Both the position numbers and the translations under genes were made by a program. DNA of 64,000 bases from assembly GCF_000181795.1 (NCBI RefSeq), contig NW_003526943.1, positions 2,906,707-2,970,706 on the forward strand, in the 5' to 3' direction. How positions within the stretch are numbered: position 1 is the first letter of the stretch; every line of letters begins with the position of its first letter. The stretch is from Trichinella spiralis. Lineage: Eukaryota. The notes beneath the pieces were generated by a model. The model worked only from the letters and a program-made list of their open reading frames with translations. It made no database searches and was not told where the DNA came from. Below are positions 53,866 through 64,000 of the stretch, in pieces.

Positions 53866-54146
53866 CAGTCGGCCCTCAATATTTGGAGTTTATGCGTTCC
53901 GGGGGAACCGCAAATGTCAGATTTTTACAAATACTTACCGCTGCTGTTCATATACCCCACCGATGCCTTGTAAGCCTACGCCATTGTATGCAAACTGCAA
54001 GGAATAATATTACGGACCGTCTACTGATCTGCATGTTAAATATTTATTTCTTCCGCATATATTTTTTTATTTGTTTGATTGAGTGTATAAGAGTCAACAT
54101 CATCGGTGTGTTCTTGCATGCAAGCTTGCCAGAAGTGGAGGGACTG
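53866..54146. mobile_element. Tigger/pogo-like (Tc1/mariner) MITE
   Basis: TA|CAGTCGGCCCTC ... GAGGGACTG|TA: imperfect terminal inverted repeats with TA flanks on both sides. Confidence 0.65.
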
Positions 54147-54953
54147 TAGGGTGCATCTTTCTTAAAAAAAACGTTGTGACTATAGTAGTTTCATGCATTA
54201 CGTGTTTACTCAAATTTTGTGTTATTCTCACGCAGTGTTGGACCATGCTAGCATGAAAGCGGAAATTCTGCACTTCCAGACATGCCCGGACCGGTTGATC
54301 AGTCTGGAGCTAGCGTCTGGAATCGCGTGACCAGGGTTGCCGTAAGCTAACCTCCCGTTTGCAGCACCCCCTTTCCGTGCACCCTAACGTCTTTATCTTT
54401 TTCATCTTAGCATTAGTAGCAATTATTTAGCCTTCTAGTTTGGTTAATTCATTATCACTACTTTTATGATGTGGAATGTCAAAGCGGAAACAACCTTGCA
54501 CTGAACTTGCAGATCTACAGCATACATACACACTAGGGTCTAAAAATAGCATTTATATTATTGGCGGTTTTGAAATCCGTGAATAAACAAATCTGCAAAT
54601 GTTCATGCTGAACTGTAATATAATTTTTTTAATAATAAAAATATAAACAGTACGATCTTTTATTTCTGAAGATGGAAACCATAAATGCATCTGCACGTAT
54701 GATGTTTATATACTTATACGTGCGATCTTAAGTTTTAGACAACGTAATAATTTTAAACGCACGTGTGTACTTGATGTTGAAAAATTAGGGAAGAAAATTA
54801 TTCTTTTAGAATGTAAAAGTTTTTTTATCAGCCCTGTAAAAAATGGCAGTTAAGTTGAACACCATTGTTTTAGAGAACACGCCTCACATAAACATGAATA
54901 CATAAATATCATGAATATAACAGTAAATATAATGAAATAAATAAATAAAAATG

Positions 54954-55463
54954 CAGTGGCCTCAAGTTAACATGAACATAAAAAATGTCTGGCATTTGTT
55001 CGTGTTAATCATCTGTTCATGTTAAAAGAGTGAGTCATAAATATTTACAGAATACGTCGACAAATAATTTTTACGTGCTGGAGAATTAGCATTACCATTA
55101 AAAGCGCGCTAGAAATCAATTCAAGCATTAACTGGTTATTATTGTAATTTTTCACAAAATTCATAATTGTAGTTTTTCAATATTGCTGAATTTTGTGTCT
55201 TCAGCAAAATTTTCAATTTGGGCAAGTGAATTGAAAATAAATTGCGGCACGTCGCGCTGCGCTTGAACAAATCATCTGATTTTCAAATTCATGTTATTCT
55301 GAATTAATATTGCTTTTGGAATAAGACAGTTTATTCTGAATAGAAATTATGCTAAGCTGAGCTTGATGTTCCCGTCAATTGAGCTCCGCCTAATGCTACT
55401 GCATAAGTAAATTTTATTGCCATGAAAATTTTTAACCGAGTTCATGTTGACCAGAGTTCACTG
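54954..55463. mobile_element. Second Tigger/pogo-like MITE, different family
   Basis: Left end CAGTGGCCTCAAGTTAACATGAAC; right-end reverse complement CAGTGAACTCTGGTCAACATGAAC. TA follows the right end; internal GTTCATGTT repeats. Confidence 0.6.
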
Positions 55464-56354
55464 TACATTTGTTCATATCACAAAGCATTACTTCATTTAA
55501 ATAATTATTGTAGACATAAAAAGCAGTATAAATTAAAGTTACCTGAATATATAAATAAAATTAGTTCACCATAAGAAAAGGTTTTTTGAATCTGCAGATT
55601 CACTACTGACTGTAATCTGATGACTACACTAATCAAAATTGCGCGATTTCAGATAAAATGAAAATTCAGCATTTTATCTGATTTCATGGTCAGTTCTGAG
55701 AAAAGTATTTTCTAGCGCATACTTATTTGCACAAGAATTTTATTAATGAAGTAAAGTTGTCATTAAGAATTATGGAGCAGATATTATCTCATATAATGCA
55801 TAGCATGTGATCAACCTTAAGCTGCATTATTAATTATAAAAAACAATTACAAATAAAAAAATGTTTAAAATAAATTTGTTTTAGCATACAATGCTAGCGC
55901 AAAAGGCTCGAAATATCACTTTTTTACTTTTTAAAGATAATCCGCTTTAAAACAGTACAACACATCATATTGTCATATTTTATTCAAAGAAAACAAATAA
56001 AATTTCAAAGTAATATGATCTGCAATAATAAAGAATATTTGTGCAATATTAATAAATTTTAAAAATTTAACAAGATGTTAATAACAAGAAGTAGATGCAT
56101 AAATACCCGGCGTGATATAAGAAACCGTCATTCATTACCATCACTCGTTATCCATCACCAGAAATGACATTATTTTATCAATCATACATCTGAAAATTAA
56201 ACATATGTATAATATTAGTTAATTAATAGCTAAACATGCAATTTAGATATTTTCTTAAATATATTTGAAAAATAATTGAGCACAGTACAAATGAAACAAT
56301 GCTGCAATAAAAAAAAGTTAACTTTACGCATTTTCGACAGCATTTTCCACATTT

Positions 56355-57254
56355 TTACTGCATCTCTGACATGACTGGTAATTTACCATTCAAATCGAAC
56401 TGCAATGCGGTCTTTAAATCATTGTAATTTGGAGTAGTTCTTGCATTCATATTTTTTAGCTTGTCATATAAAATGTTCAAACCCTTTGGAAGCTCTGATG
56501 GCAGTTGCCCACTGAAAAACCTTTGGCGCATTTCAATTATTTCTTTAAGGCTGTTTGTACCATCCCAAGGAAGGTAGCCCAACAACAGTTTCACAATGGT
56601 AAAGAAGACGGACCACAAGTCATCTATTGGACCCAATTCTACTTCTAGGATTGCATTCAAAGATGCATACTTCAACGTTCCACGAAATGTGGAATTTCTT
56701 GCAGCCAGTCTGTTGCCATATCTATCTTTGAACTGCAAGCTGGAACCAAAATCGACGAAGTAGATGTTGCTTGAACTAAAATCACTATTCTGCCTCAGAC
56801 CAACTGTAATGTTGGATGGTTTTACATCACAGTGCAAATATCCTGCGTTATGTATATCCTCAACCGCTTCCAACATCTGAATAGCCAAATGAATTGCATT
56901 CTTCTGACTAAGCTGCTTTTTAGCTGAATTCTGAACTAATTCACTTAAATTTGGTCCTAACAAATCCATTACCATATAATAGGAGCCATTTAACCATCCA
57001 AAACCATATAATTTCCCGGCGTGTTTGCTGCCTTGCAAAGCGCGCAAGAGATTTATTTCCCTTTCGAGAAAGTTTTCTACATTAGATGTATTCACTTTAA
57101 TGGCAACGTTTTTTTTATTTAACTGGTCGATCCCTTGGTAAACAGCTCCATAGCTTCCCCTATTAATATATGAAGATATTTTATATCTGCCCTGCAGGAC
57201 ATCATCTTCTGCTAAGTGTTCTTTGCTCTTCGTAAATCGAACAGTGTTATCCAT
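56355..57254 (-). CDS. Casein kinase 1 superfamily / tau-tubulin-kinase-like protein kinase, 299 aa, no intron in the kinase domain
   Basis: RGSYGAVY, VAIK, MDLLGPNL, HCDVKPSN, DFG, FRGTLKYAS, DDLWS, LPW. Confidence 0.92.
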   Translation of the reverse strand: MDNTVRFTKSKEHLAEDDVLQGRYKISSYINRGSYGAVYQGIDQLNKKNVAIKVNTSNVENFLEREINLLRALQGSKHAGKLYGFGWLNGSYYMVMDLLGPNLSELVQNSAKKQLSQKNAIHLAIQMLEAVEDIHNAGYLHCDVKPSNITVGLRQNSDFSSSNIYFVDFGSSLQFKDRYGNRLAARNSTFRGTLKYASLNAILEVELGPIDDLWSVFFTIVKLLLGYLPWDGTNSLKEIIEMRQRFFSGQLPSELPKGLNILYDKLKNMNARTTPNYNDLKTALQFDLNGKLPVMSEMQ

Positions 57255-57945
57255 TACTCTATAAAAAATGAAAATTACAACATTATCATATAATCAATAC
57301 TAAAAATGGAAATAGCAAAACAATCAGAAATGAGTGTAGTTGCAATAAATCCTGATTGTAATGAAGCTGACTGATGCTACCGGTGTTGTGTCGCACAAAG
57401 TGAATACTAACAAAATGCTGCCGCGTTAAATCACCAACACTTTATTTTCCTTTAAACTTGAATTGTTTTAAATTATAAATTTAAAACTTATTACTGTAAA
57501 ATAACAAATGTGTTGTGGCGTATTTTAAAGCACCAAATTAAACAATGCATTTACCTTTGATTGAAGTGGCGAACGCCATTGTTTGGTTATATAAATGCTG
57601 AATAATTTTAGCACATAATAGTCAAAATAGCAAGAACAAATCATGTAAGAAGTTTTGCCAGTAATAAATAAATATTATACTGTAACCTAAATACTCCACT
57701 GAACTTTATATTAAGCCTAAAAATTTGATAATGTGTATAGCTGACAGCATGAGTCAAATTATCCTCAGCTATGTTGAAATAAGATATACGCTAAGATGAC
57801 ATATGGGTTATTTTACGTAATTATTTCTGTAAGAAATAACTCAAAATGAAAACAGTGAAATAAATGTCGATTAGCAACTTTATTGAACAAGTATTAAAAC
57901 TATACGGTATCATCCATCTCTACCATTTTAAAGTCTATATAGGGA

Positions 57946-57998
57946 TAAATATAAATATAAATAAATAATAAATAAATAAATAAATAAATATATATATA
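57946..57998. repeat. Compound (ATAAAT)n/(AAAT)n/(AT)n simple repeat
   Basis: Directly visible in the sequence. Confidence 0.8.
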
Positions 57999-58529
57999 TG
58001 AATTTTTGTAATTCTTTAGAATTCTCTCATTAGAAACATCACAGAAATTATGTATTCAAAAAAAGTTTAAGATATGATTATTAAAATGACATTTAGCAAT
58101 AAGCTTACCAGCTCCAGCTAACCGGTTTGAACAAGCAGAAAAAATTTAATTCAGATCCTTGGAAGCGGTTTGAAATTTAAGATTAGAAGTGATGTCCATG
58201 CAACAGAATTTTCTTTTTTCCTTCCTATTTTTACAATGACTGATGCTTCTCATAGCTAGCCGGTTCGAGCACAGAGGTAACAAGCAAAAAAATTTAATTA
58301 AAAACCGTAGGAGCAGCTGGCATTTGAGATTTGAAGCAAAACCCGATCTGACGATTTGAATCCTTTTTTACTCATTTTCACAACGGCTACCTACAAATTA
58401 CTGGTAAATTTAAGAAAAACAAAGTTTGGAGAAGACTTTCTGCTGTACCAAAGTGAATCCATGCACAACCTTGATTTGTGACAAATTATAACATTAGACC
58501 AGCAAAATCTGATGCATGAATGGGATGCA

Positions 58530-58900
58530 CACATATCAGCTTTATTTCAATATTTTCAGAATAAATTGATGACCAATAAAAGACTACCGCTTTGAAACAC
58601 ATATAATGTAAATATTAAAGTCATTAACCATTCAGAAGGTTGGCATAAGCATTAAGCATAGTCTCAACCAGAAAGCGGATACAAGCCATTTCAGGTTTTG
58701 CAAACTGCCCTGGCTCCTGATAGCAAATGAGGGTACTATGGAAACGCAAATTGAACAGCTGAGATTAGGTCACGCTGCCGCTGGTGACTTAAGACGGGCT
58801 AATGACGTTTATGCTGAAAATGAAGAATGCGCTGAACAATAAAGGAATGAATATATCAGCAGCGGTAGGCGTACAATGAAGCAGTTGTTTGAAAATTTAA
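58530..58900 (+). mobile_element. Decayed Mutator-like (MULE) transposase fragment
   Basis: Translates, with stops and a frameshift, to ISALFQYF...LPL*N..NVNIKVINHSEGWH..SLNQKA...GDLRRANDVYAE...SGRRTMKQLFE. This resembles the MULE TNN.(L/A)E.WH motif. Confidence 0.7.
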
Positions 58901-61900
58901 TTTGAGCTGATTTAATGAGGCCGTTCAAGTGGAGATTTTGTTTGAAATTTGTATTACATTTTTTGTTTTGATTTTTCATTTTTCATCGTTTTCACTTTCT
59001 TAATATTGCATATTGATGCAAATAGGTTATTGCTGCTGTTGTTAACTAATAAAAAATAAAAATCACTGTTTTACTTACTTTATATGTGTTGGTTTTGCTG
59101 AACCGTAGCTATTACTTTTCATATAATTTCATCGTTGTACATTAAAATATAGAATAATGATAAAAATTGTTTTTGAAAATAATGATAATTAAAAAATGTT
59201 AAATTCAAATATAAAAAAAATAATATGTAAAAATCAGTATTTTTATAAACTGTGATAAAAATATACTGAATAAAATTTGAAAATATTAAAAATTCCACAA
59301 CTAAAGCTACGAAAATCATAAACAAAATATTTGGACCAATGAAAAGAAAAATACTGCAGCTAACCACAATGAAATAATTTTAATCAATGAACAATTAAAC
59401 ATGAAAAGCCAATCAGATTACGGTATAAACGTGCAAAAAGATGACGATTTCAACACGTCAGAAAATATAATGAAAATTTGTTCCAACCAACCAGATTTTT
59501 CAAAATAAAATTGTCTAATAGGCAGTTTATTTTTGAAGTAAACAACAAAATGGAGGAACAATGGAGGAATTTAATATGGTTACAAAATGATGTAGCAAAC
59601 AGTTATTAGATGAGTAATAAAATACTCCGTTTTTAAAGAATTTTTTAAGCATTTAAAGCTTAGACTTTGTCGTAAAAGGATGTAGGCATATTAATAAGCA
59701 TTAATTTTTAAATTGAACTCATTCATTCTCATTGAAAAAACACTGCAATATTTGTTGGTCATTCATCTTTGTTTTATTTTCTGCAAAATTTTATGATAAA
59801 GATAGAGGGCTTTTGGAAAAGTAGAATTTTCGTAAGAACTTGTGTAGATATGCTCTTATTCATTTCAACGTTTTATTTGTACATACTGAAACTATTTTCT
59901 GATGTTAAAAAATAAATTTATCTGATGGCAATTTACTTAAAAATATAATATGGCAAATGAAATAAAAATATAATACAAATTTTGGAGACTTTCAATTTGT
60001 TTGCATTTGAATTTCAAATTAAAAGAGCAAAAAATTGGTAATCTGCAGATTTAAAGTAATGAACTAAAGCAATCACAGTGAGCTGCAATTCTTTTTATAT
60101 TTGCTGAAAAACTGTTTGAAGAACAATTTTCAAAATATTTTGGAAGCCGTCCGTCATTTCGGTGTGTACTCACGAAAGCCATACATTCAGCTCCGCCTAC
60201 TTAATTTACTTGCTTTGTTTAATTCTAATGCTTTATTAGTTGTTGCTTTTCATTGGCTACCAAAGAAATTCTTACATATAGCAAAAATTAATAAATCAAA
60301 TTAATTCTAGAACACTGGTCAAATGCATTTTTATTTTTCATGGATTCACTATATTAAAATGAAAAAAGAATTCAACTCACTAAAATGTAAAAGTCACAAA
60401 TAAAACGAATTTTCTCAACAATGAATAGAAAGAAGGCAATGACCAATGAGACAAGAAAGCTAAAATTAGGGCATTCGTGAATACCCGCTTTCAAATTTTC
60501 TTCAGGTTTGAAGCTTCTATTTGTTAATGATTTTCATGTAACTACTTTATTTACTGATGTATAAACAGCATAAGCAAAATGTTTATTTTTAATTCTCTAG
60601 AAATAAAAAGGAATACAGATAAAAACACATTAAACTGCAGAAAATTTTTTAAATAATTACATCTAAAGTAATTCAACTTTCTGAATTAGCGAAATTTATG
60701 GCTTTTGATAGTTTAGAGATGTTGTAAGTATTTAGTTGTAGTTTTCAATACGTAGTAGTTAATACTGTAACTTCCTTTTACCTAACTTACCTGATTTAAA
60801 AACCTAATAACCTAATTTTAATATCGTAATTCAAATTCAATAAACAGCGCATTCAGTCCGCGCGCGCACGCCACCCGGTTGATCGGGATCTAACTACCCG
60901 TTTGTAGTACTATTATTTTGAATGAATAAAGCTATATTATATGCTAGAAGATATGAAAGCAAGAAATTTCTTATTGTATGTTTGTCACATTTGCATTCTA
61001 ATTTGATTCTTTCAGTCACTTATTAGCATTTTCTGTTGATCCATAAAACATTTCTATCTCTAGCAATGCTGCTCAATTTTATTTGCTAGTTCACTGCTTT
61101 TATAGTTCCTTGCTCATAAATGAGTCTCTTCAGCAATCTATAGAATAGCAGATGAAATTTCCCAACACTTTTTAAATTAATAACGCAATGCCATTCTTCT
61201 AAATCATCATTTATTGTTTTTATATATGCATTCCAAGACGATATGTATGATCTATTTATTTTAGAAGTGCATAAACATTGCATTCTGACAGCTTCACAGT
61301 AACAGCTGCACATCAGTTTCTGCGATCTTTTTCCGTAAAAATGCAATAACTAGCTGTATCGTTTTTCAAGTTAATATCTGAAGCTCAATTTGCCTACTGA
61401 AAAATAAAGATAACAGTCTTTTTTTAAATAAATAGAAAGCATGCCTTAAGTGAGGGTAAAAAAGTGTCAGTGCTCAACACTCAGTTTCCTGCTCAACACT
61501 TTTTCATATGTTTATGTTAAAACCATAGAAAGGGCTTAGAAAAACGTAGTCGTGTTGGAACCTAAAAAATGACTAGAGACCTGAGTTTTGTCTCAAAATG
61601 TGCAGAATAACGTGCTGCACTAAAGTCTGTTATTTGTTTCATGAATTTTGCAAAACGTAGTCTAAAAAAACTGAAAAATGACGATTTATTAACGTTAATT
61701 TTGTTGAATTTTTTACCTATAAAAGGCTTTAAAATTATTAAAATTGAAAATACATTAATACCATCATACACAACATTTTTTGTACTATCCATTAAAACAA
61801 ATTTCATAAAAATTGAACGTACTTCCGACTTTTTACACGTGTTTTTCTAATGAGGGGTGTGCCACACTTCAACAATCCAACAACGTACCTTTCAACTTCA

Positions 61901-63479
61901 TGATGTTCTGTAGATCGAACCAAAATTTCTGGAACATTGCAATTTTTTCAAAATATGTCTTATTGTTTCAAAAGAGATGTCACAAGGCTTCACACTATAA
62001 AAATGAAAATTGACACAGTGCATAGAAAACAAAACCCCTGGAGTGTGCTACACCCCAACAATCCACCAAAGGGTTAACGGTAAACTAAATTTTCAAAATG
62101 AAATTATGCAAATTATTCACCATTTCAGTATCTAATATGCAGTTTTTGAAAAATTTTTTAATAGAATTGAATGCTGACTAGATACAACCTTGACTGTGAT
62201 AGGATTTTCAGCTTATCTTATGAATTTCACCGTGATAGAAACATTACTGCCGTTATCTCACCTTTAGTGTTGCCTTCATCAATTTATGCGGTAGAAATGT
62301 TACTACTCTGTGTTAGAATTCGCAAAAACAGAAGCTTTAGCCTAATTTTTAAAATATATGTAAATGCCTCTGTTGTTTTATTTCTAGTTCTGTCCCAGCT
62401 TCATATGGAGCATATTGGTTTGATGAACAAGTAAAAACATGAAAAAGTTCTGATAATTAGTGTGACGACGGAAGAGCAGAATTGTACCTGCACATCCCAC
62501 TGATATTTTTGATTGGACAAGACAGTAGGGGACGCCAAGTCAGAAGTCGTTGATTGTGCGCTGTGCGGCTGTTATTCCGCTTTTCTTATTTTTGTCATTG
62601 TTGTATTTGCTCTTTTGTGCTTTGGCTAATAAACATTTAACCTTTCGCAATGGTCTGAAATCACTTAGCGCTGATGAGCGCTTTATTAGCATCAATACAC
62701 ATTCTGATTAAATAGCCATTCTTTACCAAAAGCTTCATAGTTGATAGTGACACCATAGCCCCAGATAGTATTGGAGCAAAATAACCATCTGACCGGAGAT
62801 GTATGTTGCAATACTCTTGTCTCTGTGTTCGAAATAAAAGAATTAAATTCTACTATGATCAATTCAAAAAATGGTCAATATTGAGATTGTGACCAGTGTT
62901 ATTTTGTCTAACCAGTAAAAGATGTACCATTTTCGACACTTCTGATCAATTCTGTACAGTGAGATCAACATACCCGTCAAATTCACGCCTCCCATAAACT
63001 GGTTGTATTCCTTTGCAACTGATGATGGTCAAGGAACATTAGCCCTAATCCGGGCACCTGTCTTCATATGCAGACACATAACACTTTCTCTTTTTTTAAT
63101 GATTATAATAAAATAATCCACATGTTTGTAGTAGCTAAAATGCTCTGAGGTTACCACATTGATTACTTTTGAATGTGGTCCATGTTCGTGTGCTTTATGG
63201 AATATGGAGTAAAGTTTCTGTAGATTTTATAGAGTAGATTAGTCACAAAGGGTGTCAATGATAAATACGGTACTCTTCATGGGTGTCTGTCAGTGCTCTT
63301 AGACCTTCTTGACGTTAGTTTAAGAGTTACTGTTATTAGTTGAATATGTGACAAAAACCATCAATTGTTTATGGCAGCTTTAAAAATTGGATGAGTGATA
63401 TCCATTATGCAGCTATTCATTGCTATGAATAATCGGTTGTGGTGAACCTGTGATGGCCACTTTTGCATTTTACCATACC

Positions 63480-64000
63480 TATTGACCATTTGACCGTTTG
63501 ATCAGGAAAGTATCGTGTGAAGATCAACTGGATATGTGACGTGGAGAATGGTTATGCTCTGAAAGGTTTGTTATATACTGGCAGAAGTGGCTAGCAAGCA
63601 CCAATGTTGGGCAATTGGCACAGCCACTTGTGAACTCTAACAGAAACGCTTTTATGGACCGTTATTTTACATCATATTCCATTGCGCAACATCTTTTTCA
63701 GCATGGATTACAGCTATTGGTACAGTGTTTGCACATCGTCGTGATGTTCTAGCATGTTCGCGTAAAGCAGCACGACGTGATCCTTACTCTACATTAGCTG
63801 TTTATGAGTACAACAAAAAGGTAACGATGATTAGTTACGCACCAAGGAAGAACAGCAATGTTCTTCTGTTGACTCCATGCCACGCAAAGTTGAAAGTAGA
63901 CAACCAGCAAGGTTTCAAAAGACCAGACATCATAATTTACCATAATCTTGGCAATGGAGGCGTGGATAGCATGGATGCCAGAAAAGAAGATTTTTGCTGT
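63480..64000 (+). mobile_element. Decayed piggyBac (PGBD4-like) transposase, running off the window end
   Basis: Fragments KINWICDVENGYALKGLLYTG, RNAFMDRYFTSYSIA, TAIGTV, MISYAPRKNSNVLLLT, KRPDII..NLGNGGVDSMD match the order of piggyBac DDD-domain motifs, with frameshifts between them. Confidence 0.85.

Noticed and set aside
59119..59367. Hydrophobic 82-aa ORF
   Set aside because: F/I/L/Y bias is explained by AT richness; no ATG start or motif.

Overview
AT-rich, intron-containing eukaryotic DNA from a nematode. Major sperm protein and cuticle collagen genes are present. The short introns, the decayed Mutator-like element and the cystatin-like and serine-protease genes suggest a clade I parasite such as Trichinella; that is inference. 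Exons were stitched by hand using GT/AG sites and phase continuity. In order, the window holds: two MSP copies (the second with a W108 amber stop) flanking a secreted C-type lectin; a compact SprT/GCNA-like metalloprotease; an acatalytic carbonic-anhydrase-related protein; Mlx/mxl-2; two tandem HMIT-like transporters; a 7TM receptor; a secreted PLA2-fold protein; synaptogyrin; a cystatin-like protein; two tandem S1 serine proteases; an intronless 647-aa coiled-coil gene; a cuticle collagen; and an intronless CK1/TTBK-like kinase. Decayed DNA transposons (Tigger-like MITEs, MULE, piggyBac) fill the last 10 kb. Most notable observations: (i) the PLA2 homologue has His48-Lys49, like viper Lys49 myotoxins, and has lost both cysteines of the C51-C98 pair; (ii) both HMIT paralogues have Phe in place of the TM1 proton-coupling Asp; (iii) the protease pair has divergent S1 pockets but a highly conserved C-terminal tail resembling the activation motif; (iv) the coiled-coil gene may be a RING-less Bre1 derivative. 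Homology calls come from recalled motifs, not database searches.
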